A stretch of 34,592 nt of DNA from a virus (Duplodnaviria; Caudoviricetes), in the IMG/VR virus record IMGVR_UViG_3300011335_000743, positions 1 to 34,592 of that record; one strand, written 5' to 3'. Below are positions 1-6,604 of this stretch, one piece after another (within the stretch, counting starts at the first letter, position 1; each line of letters opens with the position of its first letter). Both the position numbers and the translations under genes were made by a program. The notes below the pieces were generated by a model. It made no database searches, was not told the DNA's origin, and saw only the letters and a list, made by a program, of their open reading frames with translations.

Positions 1-127
1 ATTAAAAATGATAAGGATTATAAATGGACACACGTTTTGCCATAAGCAACACAGTAAAATACCTTCTAGACCCATCCATAATTTTCACCATTACTGAAAT
101 TCTTATTGATGACACTGGCATTTATTA
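1..127. repeat. Terminal direct repeat, copy 1 (circular assembly overlap)
   Basis: 1-127 is identical to 34466-34592. 127 nt is a common assembler k-mer length, so the genome is probably complete and circularly assembled (34,465 bp). Confidence 0.95.
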
Positions 128-197
128 TACTGGGATTGACCAGGACAAGATTCAGCTAGGTTATTACCGCCAAAACTTCCTAGAGCTTTATGAATAG
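24..197 (+). CDS. Small hypothetical protein, 57 aa (MDTRFAISNTVKYLLD...FLELYE); absent from the ORF track
   Basis: Translated by hand. AAGGA RBS upstream of ATG 24; first gene after the rightward promoter; stop overlaps the start of the 190 ORF. Confidence 0.65.
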   Translation: MDTRFAISNTVKYLLDPSIIFTITEILIDDTGIYYTGIDQDKIQLGYYRQNFLELYE

Positions 198-414
198 TGA
201 ATTAATCACTTGCCCCACTTGTAGGCATGAATCTGAGTACTACTATCAAGATGATCAATTAAAGCACTGGGAATTATGCCTCTGTGCGAAACAGTATAAA
301 CAAACCAAGTTAGATCAGTTTGACTTACAAATCAGGAGTTTTTTAAATGAAATTACAAAAAAACCAAAACCAGTACGAAGAACAAAAGCAAGAAATATGG
401 AAAGAAATACATAA
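190..414 (+). CDS. Hypothetical protein with possible Zn-binding cysteines
   Basis: CPTC and CLC motifs; overlaps neighbours in an operon-like way. Confidence 0.55.
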   Translation: MNSELITCPTCRHESEYYYQDDQLKHWELCLCAKQYKQTKLDQFDLQIRSFLNEITKKPKPVRRTKARNMERNT

Positions 415-883
415 TTCAACTGGCTATTTTGTAAGCAACTTTGGAAGGGTAAAAAACAAAAAAAGAATAACAAAAGGAGGTAAAATAAAATCATATCTAA
501 GGGTATGTGTTAAATATAAAGATGGAAAATATCTTGATAAAAAAGTTCATAGACTAGTCGCAGAAGCATTTATAGACAATCCTAGCAATTTAGAAACTGT
601 TAACCATAAAGATTATAATGGATTTAATAATCATTTTAGTAACCTTGAGTGGATGTCATTAAAAGATAATATTTTGCATGGAAAAAAACAGGGTAAGTGT
701 ATGCCAAATGGTTTAAGTGTTGAAAAAGTTTTAACTATTTACACGTTTCATTTAGCTAAATACCCTGGAAGGTATTCTTTATGTACAAAATCTTTCAAAA
801 TCAGTTCAGCTGCTTACGATAGTTATGTAAGTGGAAAAACAAGAAAATATTTTTATAAAGAAATCTTCGGAGGTATTAAATGA
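347..883 (+). CDS. NUMOD4 + HNH (I-HmuI-like) homing endonuclease
   Basis: EIWKEI...YFVSNFGRVK (NUMOD4) and VHRLVAEAFI...VNHKD.N..NN..SNLEW (HNH); AGGAG RBS. Confidence 0.9.
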   Translation: MKLQKNQNQYEEQKQEIWKEIHNSTGYFVSNFGRVKNKKRITKGGKIKSYLRVCVKYKDGKYLDKKVHRLVAEAFIDNPSNLETVNHKDYNGFNNHFSNLEWMSLKDNILHGKKQGKCMPNGLSVEKVLTIYTFHLAKYPGRYSLCTKSFKISSAAYDSYVSGKTRKYFYKEIFGGIK

Positions 884-1566
884 AAAATTTATTTCAAAAA
901 ATAAACGAAATTCAGAAACAAGTTCGATCTGTTAATAAAGGGTCAACGGTAAAAATTAATGACAGGGCATCTTATACGGCTGTCTCACATGATGATGTTA
1001 CTTCTCTTTTGCATGACCCTATTGCTAACGCAGGAATTGTTGCAATGCCAAGAATGGAAACTTGCGAATTAGAGATATTTGACCAGGTAAAATCATATCA
1101 AGGGCAACAAACAATAACTAAGAATTACCTGGTTAAAGTCTGGGCATCCGTAACCTTTATAAATTCAGACAATATTACAGAACAATACCAAACCCAGTGT
1201 TTTGCCTATGCTATTGATTCTGGAGATAAAGCAACTGGTAAAGCATATTCTATGGCGATTAAGTATTGCTACTTAAAAACCTTCATGCTCGAGTCTTTGG
1301 ATGATGAAGAATCTAGGGATTGGGAAAATAATGTTGTTCAATCTAAGTCATTGCCTGTCAAAAGTCCGACACCTAAGCCGACATTCATTGTTGAACCTAG
1401 CCAAGATCCAAAACCAGTGCAGATTAAAAACCCCATGGATAAGGCATCGGATGCCCAAAAAGGTGCACTCACTAAAATGGGAATTTATTTTTCTAATGAC
1501 ATAACCAAATCAGAAGCAAGCGCATTGATAGAAAAAGCAAACATGGAAAGGAAGTCTAGCAGATGA
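880..1566 (+). CDS. erf: ERF-family single-strand annealing recombinase
   Basis: DSGDKATGKAYSMAIKYCYLKTF ERF-type motif; Pro-rich linker and small C-terminal ASDAQK...ITKSEASALI domain; upstream of SSB. Confidence 0.85.
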   Translation: MKNLFQKINEIQKQVRSVNKGSTVKINDRASYTAVSHDDVTSLLHDPIANAGIVAMPRMETCELEIFDQVKSYQGQQTITKNYLVKVWASVTFINSDNITEQYQTQCFAYAIDSGDKATGKAYSMAIKYCYLKTFMLESLDDEESRDWENNVVQSKSLPVKSPTPKPTFIVEPSQDPKPVQIKNPMDKASDAQKGALTKMGIYFSNDITKSEASALIEKANMERKSSR

Positions 1567-1859
1567 GTTTCAATAAAGTGTTCTTAATGGGATCAATTAA
1601 AAACAAGCAGCCAGTACAAGCAAAATCAGGAAACCTTATTTTAAAGTTTACTGTTAAGACTTGGGACAAGGAAGGTAAGGAGTATGTTGATTGTGTAGGT
1701 TATGGAAAGTTAGCTGAGATCATTCAAACTGACTTTTTAGAAGGTGACACCATTTTTATTGAGGGTAAAGCACATACTTGGTTAGACGGTGAAATTAAGA
1801 AGACAACAGTTATATGCGAACGCTTTAGGTCTTACTCACTTAAAAACGTAGAGTTTTAA
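1563..1859 (+). CDS. ssb: Single-stranded DNA-binding protein (OB fold only, 98 aa)
   Basis: FNKVFLMG, EYVDCVGYGKLAE and GDTIFIEGK SSB motifs; ATGA coupling to erf. Confidence 0.85.
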   Translation: MSFNKVFLMGSIKNKQPVQAKSGNLILKFTVKTWDKEGKEYVDCVGYGKLAEIIQTDFLEGDTIFIEGKAHTWLDGEIKKTTVICERFRSYSLKNVEF

Positions 1860-1949
1860 ATGAAGTTACTATTTGAAATAATTTGCAAATTATTCCCATG
1901 GATTTTTGGGCTTTATATTTTACATTATTATTTTGGTGTTGCCACATGA
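1860..1949 (+). CDS. Small hydrophobic peptide, 29 aa (MKLLFEIICKLFPWIFGLYILHYYFGVAT)
   Basis: ATG immediately after the ssb stop; its TGA overlaps ATG 1946 (ATGA). Confidence 0.55.
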   Translation: MKLLFEIICKLFPWIFGLYILHYYFGVAT

Positions 1950-2140
1950 GAGTAAATTCTGATCCTTGTCCAAAAACTTTAGCAGACATAGATAAGCCTG
2001 GGACTGTATTTGTTCTTTCCTTCGATAAGTCAGACTGGGTTTATCATGACCGCATTGGCGACATTGCAGTTTGTCGCCCTCTGCAAGACGTAACATTAGT
2101 TAACCTTCCATTGGATGCAGGTATTGAAAATGCGTTTTAA
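1946..2140 (+). CDS. Hypothetical protein; probable start 1946 rather than 1883
   Basis: ATGA overlap with the preceding peptide; MRVNSDPCPKTLADIDKPGTVFVL. Confidence 0.6.
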   Translation: MRVNSDPCPKTLADIDKPGTVFVLSFDKSDWVYHDRIGDIAVCRPLQDVTLVNLPLDAGIENAF

Positions 2141-2297
2141 ATTAGTCTATGATTTATTATTTTCTGCTCTTTTACTTTTTGTTGGTTTCTATTTTGGTAG
2201 GTTTACAGGTTTTAAAGAAGCAGCGGAACTTGAGAGGCATTACGCTTATAGTATGAAACAGAGTTTAAAAAATTGTATTGAGGTAATTTCCAAATGA
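2130..2297 (+). CDS. Small membrane-anchored protein
   Basis: N-terminal TM stretch LVYDLLFSALLLFVGFYFG; start probably MRFKL at 2130. Confidence 0.6.
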   Translation: MRFKLVYDLLFSALLLFVGFYFGRFTGFKEAAELERHYAYSMKQSLKNCIEVISK

Positions 2298-2650
2298 AAA
2301 TAAAGTGCATTTTATACCCAGAGTTAGAGATTGATGAAAACGCAAGAGTTTACTATGTCCCTACAGGGAAGGAGATTTTTCCAATCAATGACCACTCTTT
2401 AAGTATAAATGGTCCTGTGGTTTATTATCGTCACAACGGAAAAATCAAAAATCTCTCTCTGCGATCCCTTTTTTATTCTGCTCACATTAAAGGTTGCAAG
2501 ATTAGTCGTGGCGACACAACAGAACCAAAAAATGGTGATTATTACGATTTAAGTCCAAATAATTTTTACACAAAAAGACCTGATAAAGTTATTAAGTGTG
2601 AAGAATCTTATTCATGTTGGCTTAATGGTAATGTGGAGCTTTTTTGTTAG
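2294..2650 (+). CDS. Degenerate NUMOD4/HNH-like protein (catalytic His absent)
   Basis: Aligns by eye with ORF 347-883: LEIDENARV~YFVSNFGRV, NGKIKNLSLRSLFYSAHI~DGKYLDKKVHRLVAEAFI, TTEPKNGDYYDLSPNNF~TVNHKDYNGFNNHFSNL. Confidence 0.6.
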   Translation: MKIKCILYPELEIDENARVYYVPTGKEIFPINDHSLSINGPVVYYRHNGKIKNLSLRSLFYSAHIKGCKISRGDTTEPKNGDYYDLSPNNFYTKRPDKVIKCEESYSCWLNGNVELFC

Positions 2651-2934
2651 TAGGTCATACAATAACAAAAAAAGATAGTGGACCAATTAAACTAACTGTA
2701 GGCGAAGAAGTAGCTGAGATTGAAGTCTCTTGGCATAAAACCTCAGCATCTAAGGTATGCCTTACAGTAAAAGCATCTAAGGAAGTTGATGTTTTATTTC
2801 CAAAAACAATGAATAAATTTTTAGAGCGCATTAGGTTTTTAGAGAATGAACTAAAACTTGCAGAAGAATTTGTAGACAAACAAAAGCAAATATTTTTAGA
2901 AGAGTTTAAAAAGCTAAAGGATTTAAATGAGTGA
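2644..2934 (+). CDS. Divergent CsrA/RsmA-like protein with C-terminal coiled coil
   Basis: TITKK...IKLTVGEEVAEIEV...SKVCLTVKASKEVDV parallels CsrA LTRR..ETLMIGDEVTVTV...NQVRIGVNAPKEVSV; TTG start. Confidence 0.5.
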   Translation: MLVGHTITKKDSGPIKLTVGEEVAEIEVSWHKTSASKVCLTVKASKEVDVLFPKTMNKFLERIRFLENELKLAEEFVDKQKQIFLEEFKKLKDLNE

Positions 2935-3013
2935 CAAAATCATGGCAGTTTATTTTGTAATGGTTGTAATATTATCTGCAGTGGTTGCTTATAACACTCC
3001 TATAGGATGGTAA
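2927..3013 (+). CDS. Small single-TM peptide, 28 aa (MSDKIMAVYFVMVVILSAVVAYNTPIGW)
   Basis: AAGGA RBS; fills the gap between flanking genes; hydrophobic core. Confidence 0.55.
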   Translation: MSDKIMAVYFVMVVILSAVVAYNTPIGW

Positions 3014-3015
3014 AA

Positions 3016-3447
3016 ATGAGATTTAGAAACTGCATCATCGGCAAAGAGTTGTCACATCCAATCCAGATAGCCGAGTCACTTTTAACACCTTACTCAATTA
3101 TGACCAAAGAGCTTCAGAAAAATGCAGAAATATTTAAATACGACACTCCTAGTAATTTTTTAGAATTGCTACTTAAAAAGAAGGAACCCATCAGTGTGTT
3201 TACTTACCGTTCCAAAAATCCATGGTCTAAAGTTGTTGGTTATTACGCAGACGGGAAAATTTATTTTAATATTAGAAAGCTGCCAACTATGGATAAGCTA
3301 GATCTAATTGGTTTCTTACTCCACGAATATGCTCATTACTCTGGGCTTCATCATGGAACTGGACCTTTAAAAAATTATATTACAGAAGACAAACTTAAAT
3401 ACTCAGTGCCATACTACCTATCTGAAAATGTCAAAAAATGGATTTAA
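3016..3447 (+). CDS. Zinc metalloprotease-like protein (HExxHxxGxxH)
   Basis: LLHEYAHYSGLHHG motif preceded by VVGYY...IYFN strands; start likely 3016 (track gives 3007). Confidence 0.75.
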   Translation: MRFRNCIIGKELSHPIQIAESLLTPYSIMTKELQKNAEIFKYDTPSNFLELLLKKKEPISVFTYRSKNPWSKVVGYYADGKIYFNIRKLPTMDKLDLIGFLLHEYAHYSGLHHGTGPLKNYITEDKLKYSVPYYLSENVKKWI

Positions 3448-3448
3448 A

Positions 3449-3571
3449 ATGGAATTTATTATCATTGGATCTGTGTTCATAATACTGGGTGCAGTAATCA
3501 TCTACAATCAAGTCAAAATTATGACAGAGCAAAAAGAGCAGAAGAAAAAATTGAACAGGATGAAGATTTAA
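3449..3571 (+). CDS. Small single-TM peptide, 40 aa (MEFIIIGSVFIILGAVIIYNQVK...NRMKI)
   Basis: ATG 1 nt after the previous stop; N-terminal TM helix and basic tail. Confidence 0.6.
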   Translation: MEFIIIGSVFIILGAVIIYNQVKIMTEQKEQKKKLNRMKI

Positions 3572-3640
3572 AGCGGTAACGTGGTCACATCCATGTTTGC
3601 ACGTCACCGCCTGAGGATTTATGGGCAAGCGAGCGCCTGC
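3570..3640 (-). ncRNA. Candidate small structured RNA (or 3' hairpin of the late transcript)
   Basis: GC-rich intergenic island. Minus-strand 11-bp stem GCGGUGACGUG/CACGUUACCGC and 6-bp stem GCAGGC/GCUUGC each need a G-U pair, so they are perfect only on the minus strand; apex reads ACAUGGAUGU. Confidence 0.5.
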
Positions 3641-3674
3641 AATTATAGTTTCAACCCTTTAATAAGTTGAGTCA

Positions 3675-4076
3675 ATGCTAACTACACCCACAGAAAAACA
3701 AATTGAGAACCAGATTTTAACCTATTTAAGAAACAGAAGGGTTTTTGTCTGGAAAAATCAATCTGTCGGTGTCTTTGATCAGAAGAAAAACATTTTCAGA
3801 CGGTCTAATAACCCACATCACATTGATGGTGTATCCGACATTCTCGGTCTGTATGAAGGAAGGTTTCTTGCTATTGAGGTAAAGCGTCCAACTGTTTCAA
3901 AAAAGACAGGCAGGTTTATTCACAGAACGCAAGAGGAATTACTTGAGAAAGCGAGTCCTGGGCAAGTTACCTTTATAGACCAAATTAATAAATCAGGTGG
4001 ATGCGCTTTCCTTGCAGATAGCTTGGAAGTAGTTAAAGAGCAGATGATTCTTTACTTTCCTTCGTTCCAAAATTGA
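3675..4076 (+). CDS. VRR-NUC / PD-(D/E)XK nuclease, probable Holliday junction resolvase
   Basis: TEKQIENQI...GVSDILG...FLAIEVK...Q..F...I...GG motifs. Confidence 0.9.
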   Translation: MLTTPTEKQIENQILTYLRNRRVFVWKNQSVGVFDQKKNIFRRSNNPHHIDGVSDILGLYEGRFLAIEVKRPTVSKKTGRFIHRTQEELLEKASPGQVTFIDQINKSGGCAFLADSLEVVKEQMILYFPSFQN

Positions 4077-4483
4077 GCAAGGGTAAAGTTTGGGCAAGTT
4101 TTTCCTGGATCTAATGTTCTGTGCAGAATCACATCACTTTTAGTCAGATTATATTTTTTCAATAAATCGATGATTAACTTTCTGCCAGTGATAAACTGAT
4201 CGGTATGGAAATCTTTAAAAGTTCTTCCAGAAAAACAGATCCCTATGCTAAAGCGATTATGGTTCTTAATGTGGGCTCCGACATATTGCTCGTCTCGCCC
4301 TTTATGCAAAATACCCTTTTTATCTATGAACCAGTGGTAGCCAACATCGTCTTGATTTCCTTTTATGCCATCGGGACCAGTGAAACCTCTCAACGTATGC
4401 CATTCTCTGATTGTGTTGATGTTATCGTGTAATGGCTGATCTGAATCAGAACAATGCAAAGCGATAAACTTTATCTTTCTCAT
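4052..4483 (-). CDS. Endolysin, N-acetylmuramoyl-L-alanine amidase (T7 lysozyme-like)
   Basis: IALHCSDS, DVGYHWFI, GAHIKNHN..SIGIC and HRTLDPGKTCPNF zinc-amidase motifs. Confidence 0.95.
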   Translation of the reverse strand: MRKIKFIALHCSDSDQPLHDNINTIREWHTLRGFTGPDGIKGNQDDVGYHWFIDKKGILHKGRDEQYVGAHIKNHNRFSIGICFSGRTFKDFHTDQFITGRKLIIDLLKKYNLTKSDVILHRTLDPGKTCPNFTLAQFWNEGK

Positions 4484-4662
4484 TTCTTTGCCTCTAATAG
4501 GGTAATTATTTTTTGAATCAACAAAGCTGTTTTAGTGTCATTGTTTTGCAATGCTTGGAACTTTTGAGCAACTAACCTAGTTAGTGTGTCAGATTTATGG
4601 CAACTCTCTTTTTTTAAAGATAAATCCTGCTTCGTAGAATCTTCTGATTTTTTCTTTTTCAT
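4480..4662 (-). CDS. Hypothetical 60-aa protein coupled to the endolysin
   Basis: ATGA overlap with the amidase start; SD-like AAGGATGTGAT ends 8 nt upstream of the ATG. Confidence 0.5.
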   Translation of the reverse strand: MKKKKSEDSTKQDLSLKKESCHKSDTLTRLVAQKFQALQNNDTKTALLIQKIITLLEAKK

Positions 4663-4900
4663 GAAACTTAATCACATCCTTGTTGATTATTATTTCATAT
4701 TCTTTACACCATACCAGTATTTTTCTCTTACAAGCACCGATAGTAGCCCACTGGTATTCTAAGCCGTCTAAAGTTTCACTTATCCTGTAAGTTCTGAGTT
4801 CGAATGAAGGAGGTGTAATCGTGGAGGTAGTTGCGCAGCTCAAATTGGATATGATCAAGAACAGCATCAGAACGAACGGACGGATCTTTGTTGTATTCAT
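4595..4900 (-). CDS. Lipoprotein in lysis cassette (possible o-spanin-like)
   Basis: Basic n-region, hydrophobic FVLMLFLII, lipobox-like NLS-C; overlaps both neighbours. Confidence 0.65.
   Translation of the reverse strand: MNTTKIRPFVLMLFLIISNLSCATTSTITPPSFELRTYRISETLDGLEYQWATIGACKRKILVWCKEYEIIINKDVIKFHEKEKIRRFYEAGFIFKKRELP
4669..4689 (-). promoter_or_regulatory. CsrA/Rsm-type binding hairpin over the RBS of the 60-aa lysis-cassette ORF
   Basis: UAAUC-A-AC-[AAGGAU]-GU-GAUUA; matches the (A/U)CANGGANG(U/A) consensus with GGA in a hexaloop. Confidence 0.5.
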
Positions 4901-5033
4901 TGTAAAAATCTTTTTTTAGCTGACTAAGTTTTTCAATCATCTGAAGTGATTTTCTGACTGTAAAGTTCTCTTCTTTTTTAAGAAGCAGCGAAAGACTTGC
5001 TTCCGCCGCCTCGATAATTGCCTGGATAAGCAC
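4776..5033 (-). CDS. Hypothetical helical protein in lysis cassette
   Basis: GTG start abuts the holin-like stop; helical composition; no clear TM segment. Confidence 0.6.
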   Translation of the reverse strand: MLIQAIIEAAEASLSLLLKKEENFTVRKSLQMIEKLSQLKKDFYNEYNKDPSVRSDAVLDHIQFELRNYLHDYTSFIRTQNLQDK

Positions 5034-5174
5034 TTATTTTTTCAACTTCTTTAGTTGAAAGTAAACTAATTGAAACAATCCATTGGCCTTAACACTTGGA
5101 ATAAGTGCAAGGGCTTCCGAGATTGCAAAAGCTAGTAGAATAAAAGTGTCTTTATGCTCGATAATCATTTCCAT
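5034..5174 (-). CDS. Small holin-like membrane protein, 46 aa; absent from the ORF track
   Basis: MEMIIEHKDTFILLAFAISEALALIPSVKANGLFQLVYFQLKKLKK; GGAG RBS; hydrophobic core, basic C-terminus, heads the lysis cassette. Confidence 0.7.
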   Translation of the reverse strand: MEMIIEHKDTFILLAFAISEALALIPSVKANGLFQLVYFQLKKLKK

Positions 5175-5183
5175 ATAATCTCC

Positions 5184-6551
5184 TTATAAAGAAATTGTAG
5201 CACCATTAACACCATTTGTTTGAGAGTAGATGCAAACAGTAGCTTTCAATGGATTGGTGTTATTAATATTGCAAGTGTGCATTAACAAATTATTTTTAAA
5301 TGATTTATACAGATTTCCCACTCTTTCAATTTTAATAACGTCACCAACAACTAGTGAATTATTTTGAAGTGAAGATCCGTTGTATGCGCCAATATTTGTA
5401 ATCTCCCAACCACCGCCTGCATTGTATCCACCGTAAATAGTGTTTGTATAAGATCCGTTTGGTTCATTAGTCTCAGCTAATCCAAATACTACGTTTGTAT
5501 GACTCCAAATAAACTCAACGTAACCATCACCTGTGATTGTTTCATTTGATAGTACGTTTACGTTATAGCCAGAACCACCTGTAGCTTTAGTAATGAGTCC
5601 ATTAACACCAGTGGTAACTGTGCCTACGCCTGTTTTACTTGCTACGTTCCAAGTTACTGCTTGAACGGAAGGTGCTTCTGGTATTATTAATTGAGCGTCA
5701 GTAACTTCCCAAGATCCAACTTGCAAACACCCTACAATGTATAATGTGTTAGATGTTGTTAAAGTTTGAGGAAATGTTTTATTTCCAATTTTGTAACTTA
5801 CTATTCCAGACGTTCTTTTTATTTCTATATTGTAAGTGCCTCCAGTAGCCCATTCTTCATAGTCAGCAGCTCCAACAACATCTGCTCCGTAAACGTATGC
5901 CCATCTAGGAGAATTTACAAAGTGAATACCCCAATGTGTAGTCTTTGCAGCAAATCCCGTTGGTGGTAAGGAATCATTTAATCCAAACACTGCTTGCACA
6001 GTTGTTTCTGACGATAAACCTGCTTTTACGGTTGCTGTAAATGTAAAATTTCCTGTAATCGGACTAGACATCCAGAAGTTAGAAAGTCCTGAGTTATTTA
6101 CATTTTGACTCGGTTGAAGTCTTATTGCGCTACTTGATGTTGGGAATGAAATGTAATTAGAGTTAGCAGCACCGTCAAAAGCAGGAAGTTCAGGTGCAAC
6201 ATAACCAAAATCAATATCAAATTCAGCAACCGTTAATTCAGCTCTTGGAATTAAAAGAATTGCACCATCTTTATCAATGATTGTTATTTTTTCCACTTCA
6301 AAAATATCTTCTGCAGTAGCACTGACAAAAAATTGACCTTCAGGAGAAGCAAGATTTGCATTAAACTCAACTGATTCAAATTGACCTAATGTTTCTGATT
6401 TATATTTTACAATAATTTTTTCCCAGACGTTTGGTGAAGAGAAGTGTGCGTTCGCAACAACTAAAGGATGTAATGCAAGAGCAGTTTTATCTAGAGAAAA
6501 AATACCTGTAGCATCTTTTTCCAATGGTGAAGGTTTAGTTATAATTGGCAT
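5184..6551 (-). CDS. Putative virion accessory / receptor-binding protein with two lectin-like beta-sandwich repeats
   Basis: Two similar blocks (ITGNFTF...VFGL...IEIKRTSG and ITGDGYV...VFGL...IKIERVG); G/N/T-rich; AAGGAG RBS. Confidence 0.55.
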   Translation of the reverse strand: MPIITKPSPLEKDATGIFSLDKTALALHPLVVANAHFSSPNVWEKIIVKYKSETLGQFESVEFNANLASPEGQFFVSATAEDIFEVEKITIIDKDGAILLIPRAELTVAEFDIDFGYVAPELPAFDGAANSNYISFPTSSSAIRLQPSQNVNNSGLSNFWMSSPITGNFTFTATVKAGLSSETTVQAVFGLNDSLPPTGFAAKTTHWGIHFVNSPRWAYVYGADVVGAADYEEWATGGTYNIEIKRTSGIVSYKIGNKTFPQTLTTSNTLYIVGCLQVGSWEVTDAQLIIPEAPSVQAVTWNVASKTGVGTVTTGVNGLITKATGGSGYNVNVLSNETITGDGYVEFIWSHTNVVFGLAETNEPNGSYTNTIYGGYNAGGGWEITNIGAYNGSSLQNNSLVVGDVIKIERVGNLYKSFKNNLLMHTCNINNTNPLKATVCIYSQTNGVNGATISL

Positions 6552-6570
6552 TTTGATTGCTCCTTAAAAT

Positions 6571-6595
6571 AAAAAAGGGAGGGTTACCCCTCCCT
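6571..6595 (-). terminator. Rho-independent terminator
   Basis: AGGGAGGG-GTAA-CCCTCCCT followed by a T-run on the minus strand, just after the 497-aa gene. Confidence 0.85.
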
Positions 6596-6604
6596 GTAAG
6601 TGAA

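Noticed and set aside
3611-3650. CTGAGGA as a hammerhead CUGANGA core
   Set aside because: No downstream GAAA or compatible stems on that strand.
3621-3662. 13-aa plus-strand ORF MGKRAPAIIVSTL after GAGGA
   Set aside because: SD spacing is only 3 nt and G-U pairs favour a minus-strand RNA; cannot be supported as a CDS.
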